Part shown: positions 27,062 to 36,942 of the stretch, piece by piece | Layout of the letters: every line of letters starts with the position of its first letter | How positions within the stretch are numbered: position 1 is the stretch's first letter | Origin: a candidate division FCPU426 bacterium | GTDB taxonomy: Bacteria; Oederibacteriota; Muellerivitia; Muellerivitales; Muellerivitaceae | Assembly (NCBI GenBank): GCA_963847625.1 | Contig: CAWKAR010000045.1 | Coordinates: 64,001-128,000 of the forward strand | DNA: 64,000 nucleotides | Reading direction: 5' to 3' | Made by a program: the position numbers and the translations under genes | Notes under the pieces: model-generated | The model's input: the letters and a program-made list of their open reading frames with translations, nothing else | What the model was told of the DNA's origin: nothing | Database searches by the model: none

Positions 27062-29734
27062 ATGGATAAACCCAATGAAAATATCCTCCCTCCAGCTTAC
27101 AACCCGGCGGAAGTGGAATCCCGTTGGTACTCGCAATGGGAAAGCTCGGGTGATTTCACGGCCTCCGCCGACTCCAATAAACCCGCTTTCAGCATGGTTA
27201 TTCCGCCTCCCAATGTGACGGGAAGCCTGCATATGGGCCACGCCTTGAACGAGACCCTTCAGGACCTGATCGCGCGGTTTAAACGCATGAGGGGTTTCAA
27301 CGTGCTTTGGCTTCCCGGGTGCGATCACGCTGGAATCGCCACCCAAAACGTGGTGGAAAAAGAGCTGAAAAAGGAGGGCAAAACGCGCTACGACCTGGGC
27401 CGGGAAGCTTTCGTGAAACGGGTCTGGGAGTGGAAGGGGAAATACGGCGCTACTATCATGCGGCAGTTGCGGAAGCTGGGTTCTTCCTGCGACTGGACCC
27501 GCGAACGGTTCACGATGGATGAGGGACTTTCAAGGGCCGTCCGGAAGGTATTCATCACCCTCTTCAACGAAAAATTGATCTATCAAGACTACTACCTTAT
27601 CAATTGGTGCCCCCGCTGCCAGACCGCCCTTTCCGACATTGAGGTGGAGCACAAGACCACCCAAGGGCATTTTTACCATATCCGTTACCCTTTCCTCCAC
27701 GATCCCTCGGCGGGTGTGGAAGTGGCCACTACGCGGCCGGAGACACTGCTGGGGGATACCGCGGTAGCCGTGCACCCGGAGGATGAACGATATACGGCGT
27801 TAGTAGGGAAATCGGTCATTCTTCCCCTGCTCAACCGCCACATTCCCATCATCAAGGATGCGTATGTGGACAAGGAATTCGGAACAGGAGTGGTTAAAAT
27901 CACGCCCGCACACGATTTCAACGATTTCCAGGTGGGCAATCGGCACAAGCTCGAACGGATCAACATCCTGAATCCTGATGGAACATTGAATAAGTCGGCG
28001 GGCCCCTACCAGGGCTTGGACCGTTTTGAGGCCCGCAAGAGGGTATTAAAAGATTTGGAAGCCCTGGGGCTTCTCCTGAAAACCGAACCCCATGAGCACA
28101 ACGTGGGCCACTGTTACCGGTGTGGAACGGTGGTGGAACCCTATTACTCCAAGCAGTGGTTCGTGCGGATGAAGCCCCTCGCCGAGAAAGCCCTGGAGGC
28201 CGTGGCCCAGGGAAAAACCCGGTTCGTGCCGGAAATGTGGCGCACCGAGTATGAACGGTGGCTGGGACAGATCCAGGACTGGTGCATCAGCCGCCAGATC
28301 TGGTGGGGCCATCGCATACCGGTTTACACCTGCAAGCGGTGCAACACCCAAATGGCGGCCGAAGAAAACCCTAAGGCTTGCCCCCAGGGGCACCCGGGGC
28401 CCCTGGAACAGGACCCGGACGTGCTGGATACCTGGTTTTCTTCCGGTCTCTGGCCCTTTTCCACTTTGGGTTGGCCCGAAAAAACCCGGGACTTGGAAGT
28501 TTTTTATCCCACCACAGTCCTGGTGACTTCCTGGGATATCCTGTTCTTTTGGGTGGCCCGAATGATGATGATGGGCTTGAAATTCATGGGCAACGTGCCT
28601 TTCCGGGAGGTCTATATCTATTCCCTCGTGGCCGATGCAGAAGGGAAGAAGATGAGCAAGTCCAAGGGAAACGTGGTGGATCCCCTCGGTCTCATCGACC
28701 AATACGGCACGGACGCCTTACGGTTCACCTTGACCAGCATTGAGACGAAACAGAGGTACGTTTCCCTGACCCCGCAGAAGTTGGAGTCATCCCGAAATTT
28801 CGCCAACAAACTTTACAACGCCGCGCGTTTCGTACTGATGGGTTTAGCCGACGGCACGGAAGTGAGGCCTTTATCCGGCGAGGATAAAAAGGAACTTAAG
28901 CTGGAGGACCAGTGGATCCTGACGCGCCTGTCCCAAGTGATACAGGAAGTGAGTGAGGATTACGAAAAGTACCGGGTGGCCGAACTTTCCCAGACACTTT
29001 ACCGGTTTCTCTGGAACGAGGTGTGCGATTGGTACCTAGAGGCGGTGAAGCCCCGGCTTTACTTGGAGCCGAAATCGGATGAAAAAAAGCTCGCGGCCTC
29101 GGTGACAGTTACGGTGTTGGATGCGGTGCTTCGCCTGCTTCACCCGGTCATGCCCTTCGTAACTGAAGAGTTGTGGCACAAACTTCCGGGCAAAGGACAA
29201 AGCATCATGAAGGCTTCCTGGCCCCTGGCTTCCGATTATCCTGTGAACGAAGCAGCCGTTATGGATTTCGAATTTCTTCAAGAGGTGATCACTGCCATCC
29301 GTACCAGCCGAAGCGAATTGAACGTTCCCTCCGCGGCCGAGGTGAAGGTGGCTGTCCTGGGAAATAAAGAAATACACCAAAAAATCATTTCCAACCAATC
29401 CCTCATCAAATTTCTTACCCGGGCCGGGGAAGTGAAGCCGGTAACGGAGCGACCGGTTGTTCCTGCGGCGGTTTCCAAGATTAAAGACGGGGAAATTTTC
29501 GTTCTTCTTGAAGGCTACGTGGATTTGATCAAGGAAATTTCAAAGATAAAAAATGAAATCGAAAAACAAGGAAATTACATCAAGACCATCGAGGAAAAAC
29601 TTTCAAACGAACAATTTGTAAAAAAGGCCCCCATTGGAATGGTGGATGCGGAAAAAAACAAGATTGAATCAACCCGTAAACGGCTTGAAAGGCTTCAAAT
29701 GAACCTTCGGCAAATCACTGGATTAAAATCTTGA
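27062..29734 (+). CDS. valS: Valine--tRNA ligase
   Basis: PPPNVTGSLHMGH, DWCISRQIWWGHRIP, KMSKSKGN, C-terminal coiled coil. Confidence 0.98.
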   Translation: MDKPNENILPPAYNPAEVESRWYSQWESSGDFTASADSNKPAFSMVIPPPNVTGSLHMGHALNETLQDLIARFKRMRGFNVLWLPGCDHAGIATQNVVEKELKKEGKTRYDLGREAFVKRVWEWKGKYGATIMRQLRKLGSSCDWTRERFTMDEGLSRAVRKVFITLFNEKLIYQDYYLINWCPRCQTALSDIEVEHKTTQGHFYHIRYPFLHDPSAGVEVATTRPETLLGDTAVAVHPEDERYTALVGKSVILPLLNRHIPIIKDAYVDKEFGTGVVKITPAHDFNDFQVGNRHKLERINILNPDGTLNKSAGPYQGLDRFEARKRVLKDLEALGLLLKTEPHEHNVGHCYRCGTVVEPYYSKQWFVRMKPLAEKALEAVAQGKTRFVPEMWRTEYERWLGQIQDWCISRQIWWGHRIPVYTCKRCNTQMAAEENPKACPQGHPGPLEQDPDVLDTWFSSGLWPFSTLGWPEKTRDLEVFYPTTVLVTSWDILFFWVARMMMMGLKFMGNVPFREVYIYSLVADAEGKKMSKSKGNVVDPLGLIDQYGTDALRFTLTSIETKQRYVSLTPQKLESSRNFANKLYNAARFVLMGLADGTEVRPLSGEDKKELKLEDQWILTRLSQVIQEVSEDYEKYRVAELSQTLYRFLWNEVCDWYLEAVKPRLYLEPKSDEKKLAASVTVTVLDAVLRLLHPVMPFVTEELWHKLPGKGQSIMKASWPLASDYPVNEAAVMDFEFLQEVITAIRTSRSELNVPSAAEVKVAVLGNKEIHQKIISNQSLIKFLTRAGEVKPVTERPVVPAAVSKIKDGEIFVLLEGYVDLIKEISKIKNEIEKQGNYIKTIEEKLSNEQFVKKAPIGMVDAEKNKIESTRKRLERLQMNLRQITGLKS

Positions 29735-30594
29735 AGAATAAGAATAGAAATATCGGAAATCCCTTAGATCTCAAATCAATCAGGCATCTGCTCCTGAAGG
29801 CCCTTGAAGAAGACGGTGCTTGGGGGGACCGGACAACGAAAGCCGTTATTCCAGAAACCCTTAAAGCCAAGGGAGAGATCTTGGCCAAGGGTATTGGGAT
29901 TCTTGCGGGACTCCCGGTTATGGCCGAACTCTTCCGACTTTTGAATAAACGATGCCGTTTGAAGCCCCTTCTCGCGGAGGGAGCCCGGGTAAAGCCGGGC
30001 AAAAGGGTTGCCCTCCTCACGGGTCCGGCTCGCGCACTTCTCTCAGGGGAAAGGAGCGGACTCAACTTTCTGAGCCGCCTTTCAGGTGTGGCGACATTAA
30101 CCCGGGAGATGAGGGGGATATTGGGCACCGATAAACTTTATGATACACGCAAAACAACGCCCCTATGGCGGATCCTGGAACGCTATGCGGTACGGATAGG
30201 GGGGGGCAATAACCACCGATTCAATTTGGCGGGACATGTCCTTTTGAAGGACAACCATTTGAGGCTGGGCGGAGGAGTATACGCCTGCGTGAAGGCCGCC
30301 CGGAAAAAATACGGATTCAAGGAATTCATCGAAGTGGAAGTGGAGGATTTCAACGGAGCGTCGGAAGCCCTCCGGGCCGGGGCAGACATCCTCCTGGTTG
30401 ATAACGCGCATCCCTCCCTGCTCGGAAAAATCCAGGTCTTGGTAAAAGATAAAATGAAGATTGAAGTATCAGGTGGTTTGCACCACGAAAATATCCATCA
30501 ATACAAAAATTTAAAGGTCGACCGATATTCTTCCGGAGCTTTGACCCATTCCGCCAAGGCTGTTGATTTTTCCATTGAGCTTTACCCGCTTTGA
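29731..30594 (+). CDS. nadC: Quinolinate phosphoribosyltransferase
   Basis: DTRKTTP, NHRFNL, LLKDNH, IEVEV, ILLVDN, EVSGG. Confidence 0.95.
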   Translation: MKNKNRNIGNPLDLKSIRHLLLKALEEDGAWGDRTTKAVIPETLKAKGEILAKGIGILAGLPVMAELFRLLNKRCRLKPLLAEGARVKPGKRVALLTGPARALLSGERSGLNFLSRLSGVATLTREMRGILGTDKLYDTRKTTPLWRILERYAVRIGGGNNHRFNLAGHVLLKDNHLRLGGGVYACVKAARKKYGFKEFIEVEVEDFNGASEALRAGADILLVDNAHPSLLGKIQVLVKDKMKIEVSGGLHHENIHQYKNLKVDRYSSGALTHSAKAVDFSIELYPL

Positions 30595-31415
30595 CCTCCG
30601 GAACCGGAAAAAACGGGTTTTTAACCGCTGAATCCCTCCGGCGGGGCTTGAAAACTTTTAACTTCGGCAAAATCTTGTTTTGCTTTGAGAAATTATCCTC
30701 CACGAACGACCTGGCTTTGGAATTGGCACAAGGAGGTGCGGAGGAGGGAACCCTTATTGTTTCCGAGACCCAGACCAAGGGACGGGGCCGTCAAGGCCGC
30801 CGGTGGATCTCTGCGCCCGGAAAATCCATCACCTTTTCCATCGTGCTCCGGCCCAATCTTCTGGCGGATGAAATGCCTGAAATCACACTGGCTTCCGCGG
30901 TGGCCGTCGCCTGGACTCTTGAAAAATGGAAATTCAAACCGGCGATCAAATGGCCCAACGATATACAGATCTCCGGCCAGAAAGTCTGCGGCATTTTGAC
31001 CGAAATGGGGTCGAAAAAAGATAAAATGGGACTGACTGCGGTACTTGGAATCGGGGTGAACTTGAATCAAAAACCCTCTGATTTCCCGGACGAATTCCGG
31101 CGAACCGCCGCAAGTCTTTTCAGCTTGAGCGGGAAGAATATATCCAGGGTCCGCTTTTTCCAGGATCTCCTTTTACGGCTGGAGGAAACTTATGGGTGGG
31201 TGAAGGAAAGGCGCTTCTCCAAAGTCCTGGCCGAGTGGCGCAAGAGGGCTTCCACTCTCGGCAAACAAGTCAGAATCACGCAGTCCCATCGGAACTTTTA
31301 CGGTCATGTCCTGGATGTGGATGAAAAAGGAGCTTTATTGGTGCGAAACGATTTGGGAATGTTAGAAAGAGTGATATCCGGCGACGTGGAAATACTAACG
31401 CTGAGGAAAAAATAG
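30591..31415 (+). CDS. birA: Biotin--[acetyl-CoA carboxylase] ligase (no HTH)
   Basis: SSTND, QTKGRGRQGRRW, IKWPNDI, KVCGILTE, GIGVN. Confidence 0.95.
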   Translation: MTSGTGKNGFLTAESLRRGLKTFNFGKILFCFEKLSSTNDLALELAQGGAEEGTLIVSETQTKGRGRQGRRWISAPGKSITFSIVLRPNLLADEMPEITLASAVAVAWTLEKWKFKPAIKWPNDIQISGQKVCGILTEMGSKKDKMGLTAVLGIGVNLNQKPSDFPDEFRRTAASLFSLSGKNISRVRFFQDLLLRLEETYGWVKERRFSKVLAEWRKRASTLGKQVRITQSHRNFYGHVLDVDEKGALLVRNDLGMLERVISGDVEILTLRKK

Positions 31416-31423
31416 GAGATTTT

Positions 31424-32173
31424 ATGTTCTGGGCCGTGGATATCGGCAACAGCCGGACCGTTTCCGGGCACATGCGGGATAACCGCGTGTTTCGGAAAAG
31501 CAATGTTGACACCGGCCGCCTTCGGACTCTTTCCGGCGCTCTCCGGTGGGCCAGAAGCCTCCAAAAAATCGGACCCAACAAAGGATTCATCATCGCCAGC
31601 GTGGTTCCGGCAGTAAATGGACCAGTTCGGGAAGCCCTCCAAATAGCAACCCGGAGGGCCCCCTTTTATGTAGATCCCTTGAAGGAACCGGGAATAACCA
31701 TCCATTACCGGAAGCCCGCTGAGGTAGGAGCGGATCGAATTGTAAACAGCATTGCAGCCAAGAAAATTTTTGGTGCTCCCGTGATAGTGGTGGACTATGG
31801 AACCGCCACTACCTTTGACGTTGTGGACAAAGCCGGGGCTTACCGGGGCGGGGTTATTTGGCCCGGGATCGGTATGTCCCTGAAAGCGCTTCACAATCAA
31901 ACCGCTAAATTACCCCTGGTGACCTTCGCCAGGACCCGAAACGCGGTTGGATCGACCACTCGGGATGGAATACGATCAGGACTTTATTTTGGGACTTTGG
32001 GCGCAACCCGTGAGATCCTCCTGCGTATCCGCAAGCAATTGGGATCGGTGGCACCCGCAATCGCAACCGGAGGTTACTGCCACTGGTTCAAAGGAACCAA
32101 TGTATTCCACCATATCGAGCCTGACTTAACTTTGATAGGACTTGCCATGATCTGGAATAAAAAATATGGATAA
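31424..32173 (+). CDS. coaX: Type III pantothenate kinase
   Basis: VDIGNS, ASVVP, VGADRI, VVDYGTATTFD, ATGG. Confidence 0.95.
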   Translation: MFWAVDIGNSRTVSGHMRDNRVFRKSNVDTGRLRTLSGALRWARSLQKIGPNKGFIIASVVPAVNGPVREALQIATRRAPFYVDPLKEPGITIHYRKPAEVGADRIVNSIAAKKIFGAPVIVVDYGTATTFDVVDKAGAYRGGVIWPGIGMSLKALHNQTAKLPLVTFARTRNAVGSTTRDGIRSGLYFGTLGATREILLRIRKQLGSVAPAIATGGYCHWFKGTNVFHHIEPDLTLIGLAMIWNKKYG

Positions 32174-32346
32174 TCAAAACTTTTTTCCGGGTTCACGAGG
32201 TAACCGCATTATAGCCCTGGGGTTGCGACTCGAAAACATTGTGGTTCGAGAACTTATTCTTGTGAGTTCTCGGGTCCGCCCTTTTATCTGTCACGGGCTA
32301 ACTCGGGGTCAGAGCTTGAAGATGAACCTTCATTCGGGCGTGATGC

Positions 32347-34707
32347 GTGCCTAGTATCGAGGAAATCGCGGCGGAAGAAGAAATCCGATACCGGGAGATT
32401 TCCCGGGAGAGGAGACGCAGGCTTTTAATCTTTTTTGGTATAGTTTTTTCTGCATTGGGATGGTTTTATTTTGCAAAAGGCTGGATGGGCAAGGGCGGTT
32501 TACTCATCCTGCTTTCCCTTGCTTTTTTACTGTCCGCGTTAGAGTTTAAAAAGTATTTTCAAAAATTTTCCCCTTATTTTTTATTATTCAGCCTGCCGGT
32601 CGCGTTGTTATTGTTCATACTCTACGGCACTACCCACATTTCTTCTTTCTATTGGGGGAAAGATCCTTCTTTTTGGCTTTCAGTCCATGCGGGTGCTGTG
32701 GGGGAACCATTCTGGTCACCCCTGCCCACTCTTTTGGGACAAGCCGCTTGCTACTTATTTCCAACCCGGCAGTTCACACTTCTTCCATTACTTTCGGGCC
32801 TGGTTCTTTCCACGGTTTCAGTATTTGTCCTTATAAGTTATTTTCTGCAATTGAAAACACGCAACAGCATAAACATGGCGTTAGCAAGCATTATTTGCTT
32901 AACCATGGGATTCAGCCACCCCTGGTGGGATTCCGGCACCATAGGATCCGGATTGATCGCATCCCTGGGCCTATTTCTTTTCCTCATCCAACGAGAACTT
33001 CTTCGATGCGAGGAAAAGCCCTGGAAATGCCTCTGCCTGGTCCTCGGGTTGTTATTTAGCGTCCACCCTTTTTGGGGAATATTAGGATTTGTGAACCATT
33101 TTGCCCATATGGATTACCTGGGAAGGGACTTGAAAGCTGGGTTGAGCCCCTTTCTTCTGGGACTCACTCCTTACCTTTGGTTATATTTCCGCGCCGGGTG
33201 TTTTTTCCCCTCTTGGGGCGGGACCCATCCATTTTTTATTTTCCTGAAAGAATGGCGGGGTCTTTGGGAATGGCATCTGTCCGCGGATTGGGATCCGAAG
33301 AGGGCCTTGGAAGCTTTCGGTATTCCGTTGGGCATCATGTGTTTAATGCTGCTCTTTTTGGCAGGGTTTAATCTTTTCTACTGGAAAACTGGTAATCCCA
33401 GAATGATCCGCATTCCAGATGTATGGGTTTGTATTTTAGCCGCATTATTCGGCTGGGCATCCTATTCTTCCTCTTCTGGACAATTAGGGCCCACTGCCCT
33501 CTGGGTGCCTGCGGGTTTGGGCAGCCTTCTTCTTTCTTTCATCGAGAAAGGCATGGACCGGAAACTATCCGGTTATTTTTCGGGCCTTCCTTTGGCTCTG
33601 GGTGTGGCGGTTATTCTCTTACTAACCATAGGTCTTGCTTTTCTTCCGGGACAAGACTGTTTGCGAAACCTTTTAAATTTTCCAGAGCAGCATGCCCTAA
33701 ACTTGTTGCGGGTCTTAAATGGAAAATCCCTGTTAATTTTCGATGATCCCTTCGAAGCCGCGGCCTGCCGGGAAATACGCCTAATCGAACCTTTTCAACC
33801 CAAGGCTGTTTTTTTAGAGGAACGTTACTTGAACCGCCGTTGGTACATGGCCCAATGCATCGATCGCGAGCCGGATTTGGTTTTCAGTTCCATTCAAGGC
33901 TCCCCTGAGGGAGCCCTGAATGACCTGGTTGTGAATAACTATCCGGATTGGGAGATCCATTGGGCCTGTTCCCGAATGCCCAGCGATTGGAAAGGACTGA
34001 AAACTTTTCCGACTGTTTTGACCCAGGAATTCACCGGACCGGATTTATCCTCGCATCCGCCCGAGAATGTGCAATTCCGTTACGATTTAACCTCGCTACC
34101 TGAGCCGGATAATCGCGAGTGGGATCCTTCCACCCGCTATATCTTGCGTTATTCACAAGGATTTGATGAATTGGGCATGGCTTTGATGGGGTTGGGACAA
34201 TATTCTGCCGCCATCCGGTCCTTTGAAAGGGCTGCTCACCTGGATCCCATGGATGAGGAGCCCCGGAAAGCACTCTCGCAAATATTCACCCAGCAAAATC
34301 TTCTGGAAGCGGCGCGCCTGGACTTCGAAAAAACCATTAAACAACACCCTGCCCGAATCGAAGATTTGATGCATCAAATAGAACAGGTCAAGAAGAATCA
34401 GGATGAAGTCCGGACTGTCTTGTTGCTGGATGAAATGATTAGATTGAATCAGGAGCTGTCAGACGCACAGTATCATTTGGCGATGATTTATGAAAAACAA
34501 GGCAATCTTACGGAATCAAAAGCCCTACTCGAATCGTCGGTAAAATTAAACCCCCAAAGGTTGGAGGCGCAACTGACCCTCGGCCACTTGATGGCGAAAT
34601 TGGGCAATCGCATTCGGGCGGAGGAGGCCTTTCGATCGGTTCTTGGCATTGACCCACAGAACAAGGACGCCCAAAAGGAACTTTGGAGACTTTTAAACCA
34701 ACCTTAA
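32347..34707 (+). CDS. Multi-TM DUF2723-like membrane protein with degenerate signature and C-terminal TPRs
   Basis: Topology parallels the neighbouring DUF2723 gene (GLTPYLWLYFRA vs GISPYLYLPFRA); TPR tail. Confidence 0.65.
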   Translation: MPSIEEIAAEEEIRYREISRERRRRLLIFFGIVFSALGWFYFAKGWMGKGGLLILLSLAFLLSALEFKKYFQKFSPYFLLFSLPVALLLFILYGTTHISSFYWGKDPSFWLSVHAGAVGEPFWSPLPTLLGQAACYLFPTRQFTLLPLLSGLVLSTVSVFVLISYFLQLKTRNSINMALASIICLTMGFSHPWWDSGTIGSGLIASLGLFLFLIQRELLRCEEKPWKCLCLVLGLLFSVHPFWGILGFVNHFAHMDYLGRDLKAGLSPFLLGLTPYLWLYFRAGCFFPSWGGTHPFFIFLKEWRGLWEWHLSADWDPKRALEAFGIPLGIMCLMLLFLAGFNLFYWKTGNPRMIRIPDVWVCILAALFGWASYSSSSGQLGPTALWVPAGLGSLLLSFIEKGMDRKLSGYFSGLPLALGVAVILLLTIGLAFLPGQDCLRNLLNFPEQHALNLLRVLNGKSLLIFDDPFEAAACREIRLIEPFQPKAVFLEERYLNRRWYMAQCIDREPDLVFSSIQGSPEGALNDLVVNNYPDWEIHWACSRMPSDWKGLKTFPTVLTQEFTGPDLSSHPPENVQFRYDLTSLPEPDNREWDPSTRYILRYSQGFDELGMALMGLGQYSAAIRSFERAAHLDPMDEEPRKALSQIFTQQNLLEAARLDFEKTIKQHPARIEDLMHQIEQVKKNQDEVRTVLLLDEMIRLNQELSDAQYHLAMIYEKQGNLTESKALLESSVKLNPQRLEAQLTLGHLMAKLGNRIRAEEAFRSVLGIDPQNKDAQKELWRLLNQP

Positions 34708-34745
34708 GGGATGATGGGCTATGACACGAATCACGGAGTGATGGC

Positions 34746-36923
34746 TTGAGAACAAGCAAAAACACAGGGGCAATCGGAATCAATATTTTGTTTTTCCTGT
34801 CATTGTGGTGTGTCCTATTAAGGGCACAGAACCCGGGTATTATGTCCGATGATAGCGGGGAGATGGCCGCATCCGCTTGGAACCTGGGATTGCCCCATCC
34901 GCCGGGCTATCCTTTGTTCAACCTTCTAGGATACTTTTTTATCTGGTTTCCTGTTGGATCTCCGGCTTTCAGGCTGAATCTTTTTTCACAATTGCTGGTT
35001 CTGGTCTCCCTCTGGTTCACCCTGGATTCAAGCCGACGGCTCGGATCAAGCGATAAATGGTTTAATTCACCATCGCGGCAGAAGATCTATCAAGTGCTCC
35101 TGGCCTGCATGGGGTTCCTTTTTGTTTCATGCCGCAGTATTTTCGCTCAAAGCCTCACGGCCAAAGGCTGCATTTACAACCTGTCACTTTGCCTGTCCGC
35201 TTTCCTAGTTTGGCTTTTCATCCGACGGCCCAAAAGCCGGGGCGGCTTTTTCGCGCTAGCTAGTTTCCTTTGGGGACTGGGGCTTGCCCATCACTGGCAA
35301 ACCTTTATTTTATTCATTCCTTTCCTTTTGGTTTGGGCCGAGTTTTCCCCAACAAAGCTTAGTGCCAAAGCTGTTCTTCATTCTTTTTCTTTCGCCTTGA
35401 TTGGGATTTCGCCGTATCTCTACCTTCCTTTCCGGGCCGCCTTGTGCGCTCAACCATGCTGGGGCAACCCGGTAAACTTGAAGGAATTCCTTTGGGTGAT
35501 TTCCCGGCGGTTGGTCTCAGGACTCGAGCCCTGGGTCCAGCCGCCCGTTTTTTATCTAGAAACCCTAAGGGAATTTTTCATGACCGCCTTTTGGTACTGG
35601 ATGCCGGGCTTTGCCATCCTGGCCGTGATAGGCTCCATTTACCTTTGGGGAAGGGACAAGCAGTTTTTTTTCGCTCTTTTCTCGTTTATTGTGCCGGTGT
35701 CAGCGGCGGTATTTTTTATCCACGAACTTAAAAACCTGTATCTTCTCCACCTTTACCTTATCCCGCTTGCTGGTGCTTGGGTGGTACTTGGTTTTTTAGG
35801 CGTCCTGTGGTTATTGACCAGCTTTTTCAAAAAAGAAAAAACGGCTTGGACTTTATCGATTTGCCTGGCTTTGCTTTCTTGCGGGTGGCTCGTTCATGTA
35901 TTTCACCTCGAGGACAAAAGCCGCTATACCCTGGCGGAGGATTTCGGTTTGAACGCCTTGAAGGATATTCCCAAAGGCGCGGTATTCTTAGGGGATGGCG
36001 ACCATTATGTGATGCCCATCTGGTATGTGAAATACGTCCGAGGATTCAGGCCAGATGTCTCATTCATTCCCTCTGTTTTTCTACTTCACAGTTGGGGATG
36101 GAAACAGCTATTGCCGGAACGCGATGGGCTATCCTGTACTCCGGTCGATGATGCCCAGGTGGGGGAATGTCTCGGGAAACTCACGGGCGGCGGTCTGAAC
36201 CGGCCCTTGTTTCATTCCCTGGGTTGGGAATTCCTGCCAATCCTGGAACATCCAAAGAATGGGGTTTGGTCACCTTACGGACTGGCTTACGAATGGGCGG
36301 CCCAGCTTCCCTCAATCGACATGATTTCCGATTCCACCAGGGTGCTTTCAAGCCAGGGAAGATACCGGGGGCTCGAGGAATATTGGAGGAGCCCGGGTAG
36401 GGACTTTTCAAGCACTGAAATGTACCGCTATTACTCCAACCAGCATTTTGAAATTGCCCATCTACTTTATCTGGGCTCAAAAGATCTTCCGGCGTTGAGA
36501 CAATTTGAAAAAGGGTTGGATTTTTATCCAAAGGCGGCCTTTGCTTACGCCGACCTGGCGGTCATTCTGGGAAAGTGGGGATACCTGGAGATGTCGAAAG
36601 GTTTGTGCGAAATAGGTTTCCAATGCGATCCGAACTATTTGCCTTGTTACTTGAATTACGCGAACGCCTGTTGGTTGGCCGGGGACAAGGACTCCGCCAT
36701 CGGCTGCTGCCAAAAAGCTCTGCTTTTTTACCCCCAATCCCGGGAAATTCTGTCAAAAATCGGTGAAATCAAGGCGTGGCCTTCCGGAAATGTCCCGGCG
36801 AAATATAAAAAAACACCAGGGGATTACGGGAAGTTGGCACAATATTTCCAAGACCAAGGCTTGAACCGGCTTTCGGCATTGGCCTCCACATGTATCAGCG
36901 TGGTTGAAAGGGGAAACAAATAG
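34746..36923 (+). CDS. DUF2723 (TMEM260-like) GT-C membrane protein with TPRs
   Basis: DDSGEMAASAWNLGLPHPPGYPLF signature, GLGLAHH, PYLYLPFRA, WGNP; start codon uncertain. Confidence 0.85.
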   Translation: MRTSKNTGAIGINILFFLSLWCVLLRAQNPGIMSDDSGEMAASAWNLGLPHPPGYPLFNLLGYFFIWFPVGSPAFRLNLFSQLLVLVSLWFTLDSSRRLGSSDKWFNSPSRQKIYQVLLACMGFLFVSCRSIFAQSLTAKGCIYNLSLCLSAFLVWLFIRRPKSRGGFFALASFLWGLGLAHHWQTFILFIPFLLVWAEFSPTKLSAKAVLHSFSFALIGISPYLYLPFRAALCAQPCWGNPVNLKEFLWVISRRLVSGLEPWVQPPVFYLETLREFFMTAFWYWMPGFAILAVIGSIYLWGRDKQFFFALFSFIVPVSAAVFFIHELKNLYLLHLYLIPLAGAWVVLGFLGVLWLLTSFFKKEKTAWTLSICLALLSCGWLVHVFHLEDKSRYTLAEDFGLNALKDIPKGAVFLGDGDHYVMPIWYVKYVRGFRPDVSFIPSVFLLHSWGWKQLLPERDGLSCTPVDDAQVGECLGKLTGGGLNRPLFHSLGWEFLPILEHPKNGVWSPYGLAYEWAAQLPSIDMISDSTRVLSSQGRYRGLEEYWRSPGRDFSSTEMYRYYSNQHFEIAHLLYLGSKDLPALRQFEKGLDFYPKAAFAYADLAVILGKWGYLEMSKGLCEIGFQCDPNYLPCYLNYANACWLAGDKDSAIGCCQKALLFYPQSREILSKIGEIKAWPSGNVPAKYKKTPGDYGKLAQYFQDQGLNRLSALASTCISVVERGNK

Positions 36924-36942
36924 GCCTGGCCTTTAGGGATGG

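Noticed and set aside
32166..32354. 62-aa ORF bridging coaX and the DUF2723-like gene
   Set aside because: Overlaps both neighbours but has no recognisable motif; cannot be supported
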